39,929 nucleotides of DNA from Desulfurococcaceae archaeon (GTDB lineage Archaea; Thermoproteota; Thermoprotei_A; Sulfolobales; Desulfurococcaceae): contig JAWBBW010000012.1 in assembly GCA_038824035.1 (NCBI GenBank), positions 1 through 39,929 of the forward strand, given 5' to 3'. The notes beneath the pieces are model-generated. The model did no database searches and was not told the origin of the DNA. It worked only from the letters and a program-made list of their open reading frames with translations. Made by a program: the position numbers and the translations under genes. Positions 8,176 through 18,505 of this stretch are shown one piece after another. Within the stretch, counting starts at the first letter, position 1. Every line of letters starts with the position of its first letter.

Positions 8176-9430
8176 ATGTCCAGTACTTTGTATTTGCCTA
8201 GATTACCTACATTACGAGATCTCGATATTAAGGAGAAAAGGTCTTCATGAGAATAGATATAAATGCACCAATAGACCCTGGGACAGACAAGATCGCGGAT
8301 GATAGGAGGATAAAGATACATTCCCACTATATAAAAAGAGTGATCAATGAATATGCACCAGCCCTAGTGCTGGGATCACATCAGGGTAGACCAGGGGGTT
8401 ACAAATTCATCGCACTCGAGCAACATGCCGAGTTATTGGCCAGGTATAGTGGTTTGGATGTTAGGTATGTGGAGGATGTCATTGGCCCCACAGCTCGAGA
8501 GGAGATAAGAAAACTCCGACCAAGGGAAGTACTACTATTGGATAACTTGCGGTTTGTATCAGAAGAGATACTAGAGGCGCCGCCCGAGAAACAGGCGTTC
8601 ACAATAATGGTTAAAAAACTATCCCCTCTATTTGAAGCATATATTAATGATGCATTTGCTACGGCACATAGGAGTCAACCAAGCATAGTGGGTATTCCAC
8701 TGTCTCTGCCAAGCGCTATTGGCTTGTTGTTTGAAAAAGAATTAGATGCGTTGAGGAAAACAATGACACCTCAAAATATCCAAAGGATCTTTATATTGGG
8801 TGGTAAAAAAGTAGCGGAGACTCTAAGAGTGATAGAGAACTTGACGAGGAATAAATTAGCCGAGAGGATTCTTACAACAGGTTTATTGGCTCAATTATTT
8901 CTCGTAGCTAAAGGCATTGATATAGGAATTGAGAACATCAGAGTTCTTGAAGAGAACGGGATTTTGCCGCTCGTTCCACGGGCTAGGTATATATTGATGC
9001 GAGGAGCCCCCATAGAGACCCCCCTCGATTTCGTAGTGAGGGTGAACAACAATGTCAAGAATCTACATGTCGGCGAATTGAAAGGAGGTGTGATCAAGGA
9101 TATAGGTGAAAACACTATAAATATATATATAGGGAGTTTATCAGGGAGGCAAAAGTAATTGTCATGAGAGGTCCTTCGGGAGTTGTAGAGGAGGGCTTTG
9201 TCAATGGAACACTTGAATTAGTGAACGCCATTTATAATTCAAATGCATTTACACTAATAGCTGGTGGTCAAATGGCATCCATGATCGACGAATCGAAGAT
9301 CAGCGAAAAAATACATGTATCAACCGGTGGAAATGCCGTGTTGCTATTTCTCAGTGGTGAGGAGTTGCCAGCATTGAAAGCAATGGAGTTATCCGCACGA
9401 ATGTTCCTAGGATGGACATTGTTGCCATGA
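8176..9430 (+). pseudogene. pgk: Phosphoglycerate kinase interrupted by two frameshifts (pseudogene or sequencing error)
   Basis: Three frames join as LPTLRDLDIKEK|VFMRIDINAP...SHQGRPG...LLDNLRF...NDAFATAHR...DIGENT|REAKVIVMRGPSG...HVSTGG. Breaks are at A4 8236-8239 and at the (AT)n run ~9121-9131. Confidence 0.88.
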
Positions 9431-9460
9431 GTGGCGATAACTTGAATACCCATTTCAGCC

Positions 9461-9468
9461 TTATATAA
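9461..9468 (+). promoter_or_regulatory. TATA box upstream of the USP gene
   Basis: TTATATAA about 20 nt upstream of ATG 9489, with GGTGA in between. Confidence 0.45.
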
Positions 9469-9488
9469 GCTGGGTCTGGTGGTGAGAA

Positions 9489-9901
9489 ATGAGCGAAGGA
9501 CCTACATATACTGTGAGCCTTTATTTCAGGAAAATACTTGTCCCAGTAGATGGTAGTGAGTCTAGTTTCAAAGCGTTGGTATTTGCAATTGATCTAGCCA
9601 GGCATTATGGCTCTAAGATAACAATATTGTACGCAAGGCCAAAAGGCACTCATGATGATTTGCTAGAGAAAGTTAAGTATAGATTACGTGGAGAAGGCAT
9701 ACAGGTGTCATATAAATTATTAGAGTACGACTATATGTCAGAAAGCGCGTCATCGGCTATTTTAAAAGAAATCATAGAGGGGGCTATGACGCAGTGATTC
9801 TCGGTGCTAGAGGTAGGTCATTGATAACCGATATACCTGTGGGAAGTGTGGCGTTATCCCTCGTTGTAAGCGCGCCTATATCAGTGTTCGTTGTACGATA
9901 G
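9489..9901 (+). pseudogene. Universal stress protein (UspA) with one frameshift at a G5 run
   Basis: KILVPVDGSESS in frame 1. One extra G at 9779-9783 would give EGGYDAVILGARGRSLITDIPVGSVALSLVVSAPISVFVVR* (TAG 9899-9901), the canonical USP C-terminus. Confidence 0.85.
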
Positions 9902-9909
9902 TGACCTAC

Positions 9910-11445
9910 TCATTTGTTATCCAGAATATAATATTTTTTCAGGACATTGGTTATGTCGACGGCTTGTGGTGTATCCCTATATGCATTCAAGGATATTTCG
10001 AGATATCTCTCGGGATCCGTATAATATAGGTCAATTATTTTGAGTAATTTATCTCTGAATTCGACATATTCTTTTTTATCTATCTCATGAAACTTCGGAT
10101 CCGAGTATATATCTATGAATTCTTTTCTATTTTCCCCGAAAAACCAGCCATTATGATCCTCTCTTATAATCTCCAAAGCACCGCCATCTCGACTTGATAG
10201 AACAGGAACACCGTTCACAAGGGCTTTCATATAACTTGTACCACACGCCTCCCATCCACTAAATGATGTGAACAACCATAAGTCAGAGCCTTGTACTAGG
10301 ATTTTGGCGATTTCAAGTGAATAGTTATTTAAATATATGAAATTGCTGATCTTCAGGCTCAGCTCTCTTGCTTTCTTGGAATAAGTATACCCATCGATAT
10401 CACTAGGATGAGGTTTGCCGGCGACTACGAAAATGGCGTCTAAATCAGGATGTTCCTCGATGAAGCGGAAGACGAAATACGGTCTCTTATATTTCGTGAA
10501 TCTCCGTGCCCATGCGATCACCATTTTTTCCTTGTTGCTACAAATGTTTTCTTTGTATTTCTTGATAAGTGAATATAATGCATCTTTGGCTTCATTTCTA
10601 GCCTCGTAAATAACCTTGGTGGATATGTTGTTTTCAATAAATGCTTTATATAGCTTTGGATGCATCCAGCGTTTTATATAAATACCGTTTGTAATGGGTT
10701 TAAACGAATCCTTGAATTGTGGAAAAATAATCTCCATGATCTCCTTGTGTTTCCTCGATACTACGATGGCGTTCTTGAGCTTTTCAAGGGACATAAACGT
10801 CATGTTAATCTCTCCTTGGCATTTTTCATCAAATTCCCTTTGAACAAGTTCACACGGGAATGTTGGATGGCCCCAAGGACCTGGTGTATGTATTATTATC
10901 CTGGTTTTAGCGTTCAGATCTTTTAACAAGTATAACACTAACGAAGTATATGATTCCTCGAGATCTATTGCTATAACGTTCTCGATCCCAACCACATTGT
11001 TCAAGTAATATGCAGAGGACTTAGCTAGTAGTGCATATTTCAAAAACTTCTCTTCCATACTATTTTCTAGATAGACCCTCTCTGTCAATGAACGAGCCCA
11101 TTGAGGACACACGGCTTCGAACAACACTGCCTTAGCTGATTTATATCTGTAGACCCATGGCCTGACGTATATATCGGTATTCTTCAACCTTATGGTGAAC
11201 TCCTCTTCGGGGAATAATCTCTCCATGAACTCCTTTTCATGTCTTTCAGTAGAATACAGGAGATCGCCATTGACGTTAAAATCGATTGACACATAGCCAT
11301 GTCTATATAACAGTGATAAAACCAGGTAATCAAGGCCAATATCGCCGGCTCCATAGAATTTATCACCTTCTAAGACTCCGAGACCCCCTGCATAGTTTCT
11401 TGAGTAATCCAATGCTATTTCCGGTGTAATACTCACGATAACCAT
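9910..11445 (-). CDS. glgP: Alpha-glucan (glycogen/maltodextrin) phosphorylase, compact archaeal type
   Basis: YAGGLGVLEGD, ITNG, WARRFTKYKR, AGKPHP, PLP motif EACGTSYMKA and DGG. Confidence 0.9.
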   Translation of the reverse strand: MVIVSITPEIALDYSRNYAGGLGVLEGDKFYGAGDIGLDYLVLSLLYRHGYVSIDFNVNGDLLYSTERHEKEFMERLFPEEEFTIRLKNTDIYVRPWVYRYKSAKAVLFEAVCPQWARSLTERVYLENSMEEKFLKYALLAKSSAYYLNNVVGIENVIAIDLEESYTSLVLYLLKDLNAKTRIIIHTPGPWGHPTFPCELVQREFDEKCQGEINMTFMSLEKLKNAIVVSRKHKEIMEIIFPQFKDSFKPITNGIYIKRWMHPKLYKAFIENNISTKVIYEARNEAKDALYSLIKKYKENICSNKEKMVIAWARRFTKYKRPYFVFRFIEEHPDLDAIFVVAGKPHPSDIDGYTYSKKARELSLKISNFIYLNNYSLEIAKILVQGSDLWLFTSFSGWEACGTSYMKALVNGVPVLSSRDGGALEIIREDHNGWFFGENRKEFIDIYSDPKFHEIDKKEYVEFRDKLLKIIDLYYTDPERYLEISLNAYRDTPQAVDITNVLKKYYILDNK

Positions 11446-11504
11446 TTAATCACCTTGGTCTATTATATTAGACAATACTCAAATAAAGGGTAGAGGCCTT
11501 ATTC

Positions 11505-13142
11505 ATGATAGACAATGGCGTGATCCACGGTTATCTGGGGAATATGAGTGTATTTTTGGCAAAGGATTTACTCAAGCTATTGACAAAGTATCATAGGGTT
11601 CAGGGTAGTTCTGGATTATTGAAGGCTATTAAGGAAATCAAGGAGGAATTGGATTTACTGGGGATGTCGACAAAGATATTTGAAATACCCAGCAACGCGA
11701 TTAAAGGATTTGTGGAAACCCCTGTTTCCTGGGATATCGAAGAAGGGTCCATGGAGATTAAAGTGAGTAATAGAACCTTTGCTAAGTTAAATATGAGTGA
11801 ACGCCCAACTCTTATAGCGGCTCATTCCCCTCCTGGTGAAGGACATGGCAAGCTAGTTATATGCGATAATAATGATATAAGTACGTGTGAAGGAGAAGTT
11901 GTTTTAACTAGGTTACCAGCTTACATTGCATATAAAAATATTGATGCTAACATGATATTATTATACAGTGATAAGAGATTTCCAACCGCAGTACCTTACA
12001 CTGGATTGTTCATACACAGGAACGAGATCACTAATAAAGTGGTTATTAACATCCCATATACCATGGCCTTGAAATTGAAATTAGCTGTGAGAGAGGGAAA
12101 GAATATATCGGTAGAATGGGTTGTGAAATCTAGGTATATTGATAGATCTCTTCATGGATTATTAACATGTGATGGAGATGAACCGGGCATACTCTACATA
12201 AGCCATATATGTCACCCAAAACCAGGGGCCCATGATAACGCTAGTGGCAGTGTTGCAAATATATTAACACTACTAGGTATCGCTAGATCGGGTCATAGGT
12301 TTAGCCATTGCCATGCATGGGTCCCAGAATACGCGGGCACAGTTTTCATAGGCCAGCACCTTCCCTGGATACCTATAGGCGTGGTTAACTTGGACATGGT
12401 TGGCTCGAAGCAGTGGATAACCGGCTCGATATTCAATATAGTTAATGCGCCACTTTACATGGATTCCCATATGACCATGTATACATACCTGGCATCGAAA
12501 ATAGTGTTGGACGATGTTTATTCGTTTGACGGCTTTAAATTACCCGGACATAGATATTCGTTAATTCCATACACAGCCGGGAGCGATCACGATGTGACGC
12601 TTGCATGGGGATGGGATAGTGTTATGTTGAATGAATGGCCAAGTAAATACTACCACACAGATATGGATGAAATAACGTCAATCAGCCCAAAGTCCTTGAT
12701 CAAATCAGCCCTAATAGCTATTTTGGCTGGATTCATGAGAGTGCATAGAATTAAGGAAGATATTGCCAGGGATATTTTCAACAAATATGTTATTGATTGG
12801 TATAGGATAGAAGCTCTCAAAAACAATTTAGAAATAGATAAGTTGTTCAAATTGGTACATGCATCTAAGATTAATACGGAGAAAATAATTAAGCTCGAAT
12901 CCCCAATAATGTCTAAGAGCCTATATAAAGTGATTGGCCACCACGTATACCTGAAATTGAAAAATATAAGAGGATCTTTCACATTTCTATCTCTATATGC
13001 ACCACTAGCTTATTTAAATGGTATCGGAGAGAAAGACATTTTCGAGATGTTTCAATTGGAAAATCTTATAAGATGGAGAGATGAGGAAAAAACATTAATT
13101 GAATATGCTTGGAGCGTTATTAAGGATAAATACATGAAGTGA
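11505..13142 (+). CDS. M28-like aminopeptidase (DUF4910 family)
   Basis: HRVQGS, SHICHPKPGAHDNASG, VPE, NLDMVG, GSDH and YYHTDMD. The start may be a downstream Met. Confidence 0.82.
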   Translation: MIDNGVIHGYLGNMSVFLAKDLLKLLTKYHRVQGSSGLLKAIKEIKEELDLLGMSTKIFEIPSNAIKGFVETPVSWDIEEGSMEIKVSNRTFAKLNMSERPTLIAAHSPPGEGHGKLVICDNNDISTCEGEVVLTRLPAYIAYKNIDANMILLYSDKRFPTAVPYTGLFIHRNEITNKVVINIPYTMALKLKLAVREGKNISVEWVVKSRYIDRSLHGLLTCDGDEPGILYISHICHPKPGAHDNASGSVANILTLLGIARSGHRFSHCHAWVPEYAGTVFIGQHLPWIPIGVVNLDMVGSKQWITGSIFNIVNAPLYMDSHMTMYTYLASKIVLDDVYSFDGFKLPGHRYSLIPYTAGSDHDVTLAWGWDSVMLNEWPSKYYHTDMDEITSISPKSLIKSALIAILAGFMRVHRIKEDIARDIFNKYVIDWYRIEALKNNLEIDKLFKLVHASKINTEKIIKLESPIMSKSLYKVIGHHVYLKLKNIRGSFTFLSLYAPLAYLNGIGEKDIFEMFQLENLIRWRDEEKTLIEYAWSVIKDKYMK

Positions 13143-14827
13143 CTTTTATGCCGGTGATCAGAGTTAATATACATGATCTAGAAGGTTTGTTGGGAAAGAA
13201 ACTTTCAGATAAAGAGATCTATAAGTACTTGGCTAAACTGAAATGCGAAGTTGAATTAATACATGGGGATATACTGGAGTACGAGGCGAATAGTGATAGG
13301 CCAGATCTCTTCAGCGTGGAAGGGTTAGCACGTGCTTTAAAACCATGGTTGGGCATTGAGTGGAGGGATTTAGATATCAGGGACTCGGATATCAGGGGTT
13401 ATGCAGAGAGAATTAATGAAAGGCCGTATGTAGCACTAGCCGTTGTTAGAGACGTGGTTTTATCTGATGAGGCTATTTCCCAGATAATGCAATTGCAAGA
13501 GAAACTGGCGATGACTTATGGGAGAGGTAGGAGAAAGGCAAGTATAGGGGTTTACGATCTGGATAAGATCAATCCGCCAATATATTATAAATCTGTGGAT
13601 CCAAATACGGTTGTTTTTAAGCCATTGGGGGAACAAGATGAGATGACTCTTCGAGAGGCGTTGTTTAAAACGGAAAAAGGCCGTATGTATGGTTATATAA
13701 TTCAGGAAATGCCTAGATATCCTGTCTTGATGGATAGCCAGAGAAGGGTTCTCAGCCTTGTCCCTGTGATTAATAGTGACCATTGTAAAGTGACCACGGA
13801 GACCCGTAACATATTGATAGACTCAACTGGTCTATCCATCGATATGGTTGTCAACATGGTTACGATCATGGCTTTTAACATCGCGGAGAGATCTAGATCT
13901 AGGATCATAGAAGTTGTTAAGGTTTACCATGACAACGAGTTAGTAGAGGCGCCTCGCAAGGAGAGGAACAAAATACACGTGAATATAAGAGATATTAACG
14001 AGATAATTGGCCTAGACCTATCCATACGCGATGTCATAGAATTGCTGAGTAAGCATTACTACGTAGTTAACGTAGTTAATCAAGACGAATTAATTGCAGA
14101 ACCTCCCGTGTACAGGCTAGATGTGAGGACATGGATTGATGTCGCCGAAGACGTGGCCATAGCCTATGGATATGAAAAATTAGGCAAAGAGGCAGATAGC
14201 TTACCTGCGAGTTCTTCTATAGGTAGAATACATCCATTGGAATACATCTCAAAAAGGATTAGGGAAATAATGATTGGACTGGAATTCACTGAAATAGCCA
14301 ATTACATGATGAGTAATAGAGCAATACAAGTAGACCTTTTCAATACTGAATACGAGTTATTCGAGGTGGAAAACCCGAGATCAGAGAAATACACAGGTCT
14401 CAGAGTATGGCTAACCCCTGGTTTAATAGAGGTGATTTCAGAAAATCAAGAAAAATCGCCTAAATTAACAATATTCGAGGTGGGAGATGTAGTGGTTCCG
14501 GACATGTCCATGGAAACTGGTGCTAGAATTGATAGACGATTGGGATTTGCCATAACTCATGAAAAGGCTACATTGACTGATGGTATAGCCTATGTGAGGG
14601 CTATTTTGAAAGAACTAGGCTTGGAGGTTTCGTTTACAGAGATGTTGTTAAACGGCTTTTTACCCGAAAGGACAGTCAGTGTGAATGTACATGGAGAATC
14701 CCTTGGATTTGTAGGAGAGGTCCATCCAACAATATTATATAAGATTGGCATTAAAAACCCCGTTGTCATAGCGGAGATCTCTTTAGGCAAATTATTAAAA
14801 ATTATTAGCCATAACATCTTATTTTAA
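13139..14827 (+). CDS. pheT: Phenylalanyl-tRNA synthetase beta subunit
   Basis: MPVI start, DRPDLFSVEGLAR, QLQEKL...GRGRRKASIGVYD, PVINS, DVAEDVAIAYGY and GEVHP. The start may be ATG 13148. Confidence 0.96.
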   Translation: MTFMPVIRVNIHDLEGLLGKKLSDKEIYKYLAKLKCEVELIHGDILEYEANSDRPDLFSVEGLARALKPWLGIEWRDLDIRDSDIRGYAERINERPYVALAVVRDVVLSDEAISQIMQLQEKLAMTYGRGRRKASIGVYDLDKINPPIYYKSVDPNTVVFKPLGEQDEMTLREALFKTEKGRMYGYIIQEMPRYPVLMDSQRRVLSLVPVINSDHCKVTTETRNILIDSTGLSIDMVVNMVTIMAFNIAERSRSRIIEVVKVYHDNELVEAPRKERNKIHVNIRDINEIIGLDLSIRDVIELLSKHYYVVNVVNQDELIAEPPVYRLDVRTWIDVAEDVAIAYGYEKLGKEADSLPASSSIGRIHPLEYISKRIREIMIGLEFTEIANYMMSNRAIQVDLFNTEYELFEVENPRSEKYTGLRVWLTPGLIEVISENQEKSPKLTIFEVGDVVVPDMSMETGARIDRRLGFAITHEKATLTDGIAYVRAILKELGLEVSFTEMLLNGFLPERTVSVNVHGESLGFVGEVHPTILYKIGIKNPVVIAEISLGKLLKIISHNILF

Positions 14828-14840
14828 AAATTGTTAAACG

Positions 14841-14896
14841 AGGATGAAGCTTGGAAGGGATGACCTCAATGGGGATGAATTCACGGGCCTAGCTGA
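14841..14896 (+). ncRNA. C/D box methylation-guide sRNA (candidate 2); D' guide fits the tRNA-Gly(UCC) anticodon loop
   Basis: C AGGATGA 14841-47, guide AGCTTGGAAGGG, D' ATGA 14860-63, C' GGGATGA 14872-78, guide ATTCACGGGCCTAG, D CTGA 14893-96. Confidence 0.8.
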
Positions 14897-16080
14897 TATC
14901 TCTTTTCCCAAAGATTTATGAGCGAGACGGTCGAGATCGAGATCACCAACAATAAGAGAGATGCAAATATCAACGTGTTAAGGTAATAAACATCGAGTAA
15001 TCCTGCCTTAAACCCCATAATCAATAATGCTAACTCCAATACGCCTCTACTACACATGGCGAAACCTATTTTCACGCCGGTCAATATATCTCTTTCCCTT
15101 AACACCACATACGTTGAGTATACAACTAGCTTACCCGGTATGCATAGTAAAACTAGATTCAACGCCAGTACTGGACTAAGCATGGACGTATTAATAAATA
15201 ATCCAATATAAAGGAAGAATAATGGTATGAATACAGCGTTTATCAAGTCGCTTAAAAATCTCGAGAACTCTATTATCCTTAACCTATATTTAAGCATTGG
15301 GTCCCTGGTCAATGTTCCCAACGAGATTATTATGCCTGATAAATATGCATATATCAATGGAGTAGTATCTAATATCAACGATATTGATACTAGCGTTAGC
15401 AATGAAAGCAGTGATATATCGATAAAGTATTTGCTTTCCCTTGCCATGTATCTAAACAATTTATTCAGTACAATGTATGGAATACTATGATGTTTAACGT
15501 ATAGAATTATTATTGAAAACAATGCGATTAAAATGATGATCCCCGCACAGATATTGACTATATTGATATACAAGCTCGTAGAGTCTGAGTACATGGAGAT
15601 ATAAATAGTGCTAACCACGAGAACCAATAAATCATCTATAAGACTGGCTGAAAGAGATAGGGTTCTCAGCTTTGGTGGTATTTTATCAGTTATTAATGCT
15701 ATTGCCTCGGATGCTGTATTTGATAATATTATTGCAATAAATAACGCTGTTGGTGTACTCGTATTCATTGTTAACAAATAGGTCGCGATCAAAGACATGG
15801 AGAGCATCACAGAGAGCGAAGACAATATACTTGATATCCTCAGCTCTCTAAACAAATCCTTATACTCACTTGTAAGACCAGTATAAAACACGGTAAAAAT
15901 AACTGAAATGTAAGCTATCAGTGAAAGCTCTCCAATATACTCCTGTCTACCAAAGAGCATGCCATAGACGATCCCAGCGATCATGTAGCCCAATATGCGC
16001 CCAGTTCCGAGGGATTCCGTCAAATACCCTACGATCTTACATATTAATAGCCCTACAAAGACATAGATAGCAGTGTTCAT
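14881..16080 (-). CDS. Cation:proton antiporter (CPA2/Kef-like)
   Basis: About 12 hydrophobic segments with ILGYMIAGI, SNT, ASLIDD, FIPLFFLYIGL, GK and SRG motifs. Confidence 0.85.
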   Translation of the reverse strand: MNTAIYVFVGLLICKIVGYLTESLGTGRILGYMIAGIVYGMLFGRQEYIGELSLIAYISVIFTVFYTGLTSEYKDLFRELRISSILSSLSVMLSMSLIATYLLTMNTSTPTALFIAIILSNTASEAIALITDKIPPKLRTLSLSASLIDDLLVLVVSTIYISMYSDSTSLYINIVNICAGIIILIALFSIIILYVKHHSIPYIVLNKLFRYMARESKYFIDISLLSLLTLVSISLILDTTPLIYAYLSGIIISLGTLTRDPMLKYRLRIIEFSRFLSDLINAVFIPLFFLYIGLFINTSMLSPVLALNLVLLCIPGKLVVYSTYVVLRERDILTGVKIGFAMCSRGVLELALLIMGFKAGLLDVYYLNTLIFASLLLLVISISTVSLINLWEKRYQLGP

Positions 16081-16301
16081 TTCACATCAAGCCGTTTGTT
16101 TAAATAACGTGAAGACACAGTTTATTAGTATTTCCCGTGTTTTATCAATATCGATAAATAATCTAGCCCGGTGGATCTGGCGATAAAAATGATTAAAGCC
16201 ATGTATGCATTGTTTTTATCTCTTATATCCCTATTGTGTTGGATTGTATATCGTAAGAGAAAATCGTGTGTTGAGAGAAGAAAACGATCACTTGCCCGCT
16301 C

Positions 16302-17270
16302 TCAATAGATCCCCTTGAAAAATATTTTCCCACTCCAGTTAATCCTGGTCACTATGGCTTTTTCAAGTAAATTATGCAGGGCAAGAATACCGAGATCCCC
16401 ATATACCAACGAGATCTCTTCATGTCTTAGAGGTTTTCTAAGCAAATGGTTATAAAGAATTTCATAAGCATTAGTTATATTCAACTTAATACTGCCTAAG
16501 CTATCTTCGAGCTTATTTATAATATCTATCCCATGTTCTCCAAGAGCCTTTTTAACTTGTTCAATATATTTTAACGACACATCCTTGGCTTCATGGCCTA
16601 TTGAAGGTCTTTTCAACGGTTTCACTAGAACCCTGTAAACACTGGTTTTTTCAATGCACAATATAACCTCGTCTACATTCGCTAAACTAGGGTAAAACCT
16701 ATCCCCGGATCTAAACACCGGTAGTTCTAACACCACTTTATCGGGGTAGATTCTATTAAATAGCCTTAAAATTTCGATGTAACTGCCTATGGAGAATTCC
16801 TGTGGCCAGCCATTCGTAAATGGGTCTTCACCGCACCACATGAATGGAACTAGAATGTGGTCTATTTCATTAATCAATTTTTCCTTTCCCATAATTCTCG
16901 TTAATGTTAAACCACTGCTGTGTAGATACATGCTTATTTCCATGCCTCTTTCAGAGAAAATTTTCCTCACACCGAATACTACTTCGTCAATATTTGAGAT
17001 CAAAAGAGGGTCTCCGAAACCCCAGACATATATAGGGGCCCGTTTAGTTATCCTTACCTCGTTATCGATATATCTGTTCAAAGACTGTGATATCTGAGCA
17101 CTGTTTACATATATCTTGAAATCTCTTGGAAAAACCACATCCTTGCCAAGAGGACATGTTATACAATCCAATAAACATTTACGCGGCGGAAATATTGGGT
17201 CTACGCCAATGGAGAACCCGAACACATCACTTGGATGTATCCCATAGAAATGCAATAGAGGGGGTTTCAC
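16302..17270 (-). CDS. Divergent radical SAM protein (COG0731-like)
   Basis: YGIHPS..FGFSIGVD followed by CxxxCxxC (CLLDCITC), GFGDP in place of GxGEP, and a C-terminal winged-helix-like tail. Confidence 0.7.
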   Translation of the reverse strand: MKPPLLHFYGIHPSDVFGFSIGVDPIFPPRKCLLDCITCPLGKDVVFPRDFKIYVNSAQISQSLNRYIDNEVRITKRAPIYVWGFGDPLLISNIDEVVFGVRKIFSERGMEISMYLHSSGLTLTRIMGKEKLINEIDHILVPFMWCGEDPFTNGWPQEFSIGSYIEILRLFNRIYPDKVVLELPVFRSGDRFYPSLANVDEVILCIEKTSVYRVLVKPLKRPSIGHEAKDVSLKYIEQVKKALGEHGIDIINKLEDSLGSIKLNITNAYEILYNHLLRKPLRHEEISLVYGDLGILALHNLLEKAIVTRINWSGKIFFKGIY

Positions 17271-18493
17271 TTATGATCACCAGTTCTAAAGGCACATATG
17301 AAAAAGCCCTGTCCACGTACTTTATCAGCCACGATCCTGTATGTATTATTAGATATCTCGTAATCTTTATAACCCTTTGATAACATTGGAAAAGAAAGCT
17401 CCTCAAGCTCTATTCTATATTTTGAATAGATCTCGTCTATTACCTCCTCGCCTTCGCTGGGATGAATACTACATGTCATGTACACTATTCTCTCGCCATA
17501 TTTGATCAGATTATCGAGTAGCCTGATCTGTAATGATCTGTATTTATTCAATTGATCGCGTGTGAGGCGGAGCTTTATGGCTGGATCTGAATATATTGCC
17601 CCACTTCCACTACAGGGGGCATCTACTAATATTGTGTTAAACTTTGTATTAAATTCTAATAAGGTGGAATCACCATTTATGATTAGAACTTGTCCCTTGA
17701 TACCTACTCGATTCAATATGTGTTTTATATAGCTAGTTCTCTTCGCACTATAATCCACTGCTATAGTTTTAACGGGGTTATAAGTGGTTATAATTTGTGC
17801 AAGTTTTATACCTGGAGCGCTACAAGCATCGAGTATTACACCTTCATAAGGCCCTGTAGCTTTGACTGCTATATATGAACTTATATCTTGTGGCAATGCT
17901 AGGCCGTTTAAAATACATTTGTTGTTTCCGATTTTCAAGAAAGGGTCTTTGACATAGAGAATATCGCTGAAAACTTGATGGCGCTCTACCAGTAATCCTG
18001 TTTCCTCTAGGCACTCAATGGCTTCCTTAACTGATGCCTTCGAGGTATTAACCCTGATCCATCTTTTTCTCTCATTCAAACTCCCTAATAACGAATCAAG
18101 CTCTTTCACCGAGATCTTATCATACAGGTCCTTGACAAACCATAATGGGTATCCATGAATTATTGACAATCTCACAGGCTTTGCCATGTTCTTAGCAATA
18201 TCGCTGGCAATTTCTCTATAATAGTCAAAGTTAAACCCGATTCTCGACAAATACTCTAATATCCCGAGTGGGCTTTGGCCATATCCATGGTACTTGGCCA
18301 CGTATTTTAATCCATGGTAATATATCAATGTATAATAGGATATTTTGTATAAATACCTGGCCTCTGATCGTCTTATTCCATATTTCTTCGTCAACTTATT
18401 AAATGCCTGATCAAAGCTGATATTTCTGGATATCAATGTCTTTAAAAGTAGTGTGATGAAGAATTTTGATTTACTCGGAGAAACCTTGTCCAT
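17267..18493 (-). CDS. RsmB/NOP2-family RNA m5C methyltransferase
   Basis: IRVNT, QDISS, DACSAPGIK, DAPCSGSG, TCSIHPSEGE and GFF. Confidence 0.92.
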   Translation of the reverse strand: MDKVSPSKSKFFITLLLKTLISRNISFDQAFNKLTKKYGIRRSEARYLYKISYYTLIYYHGLKYVAKYHGYGQSPLGILEYLSRIGFNFDYYREIASDIAKNMAKPVRLSIIHGYPLWFVKDLYDKISVKELDSLLGSLNERKRWIRVNTSKASVKEAIECLEETGLLVERHQVFSDILYVKDPFLKIGNNKCILNGLALPQDISSYIAVKATGPYEGVILDACSAPGIKLAQIITTYNPVKTIAVDYSAKRTSYIKHILNRVGIKGQVLIINGDSTLLEFNTKFNTILVDAPCSGSGAIYSDPAIKLRLTRDQLNKYRSLQIRLLDNLIKYGERIVYMTCSIHPSEGEEVIDEIYSKYRIELEELSFPMLSKGYKDYEISNNTYRIVADKVRGQGFFICAFRTGDHK

Positions 18494-18505
18494 TTGGTAC
18501 CCTTT

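Noticed and set aside
8231-8246. Programmed ribosomal frameshifting in pgk
   Set aside because: There is no X-XXY-YYZ slippery heptamer with a downstream structure. A second break in pgk and one in usp favour indels.
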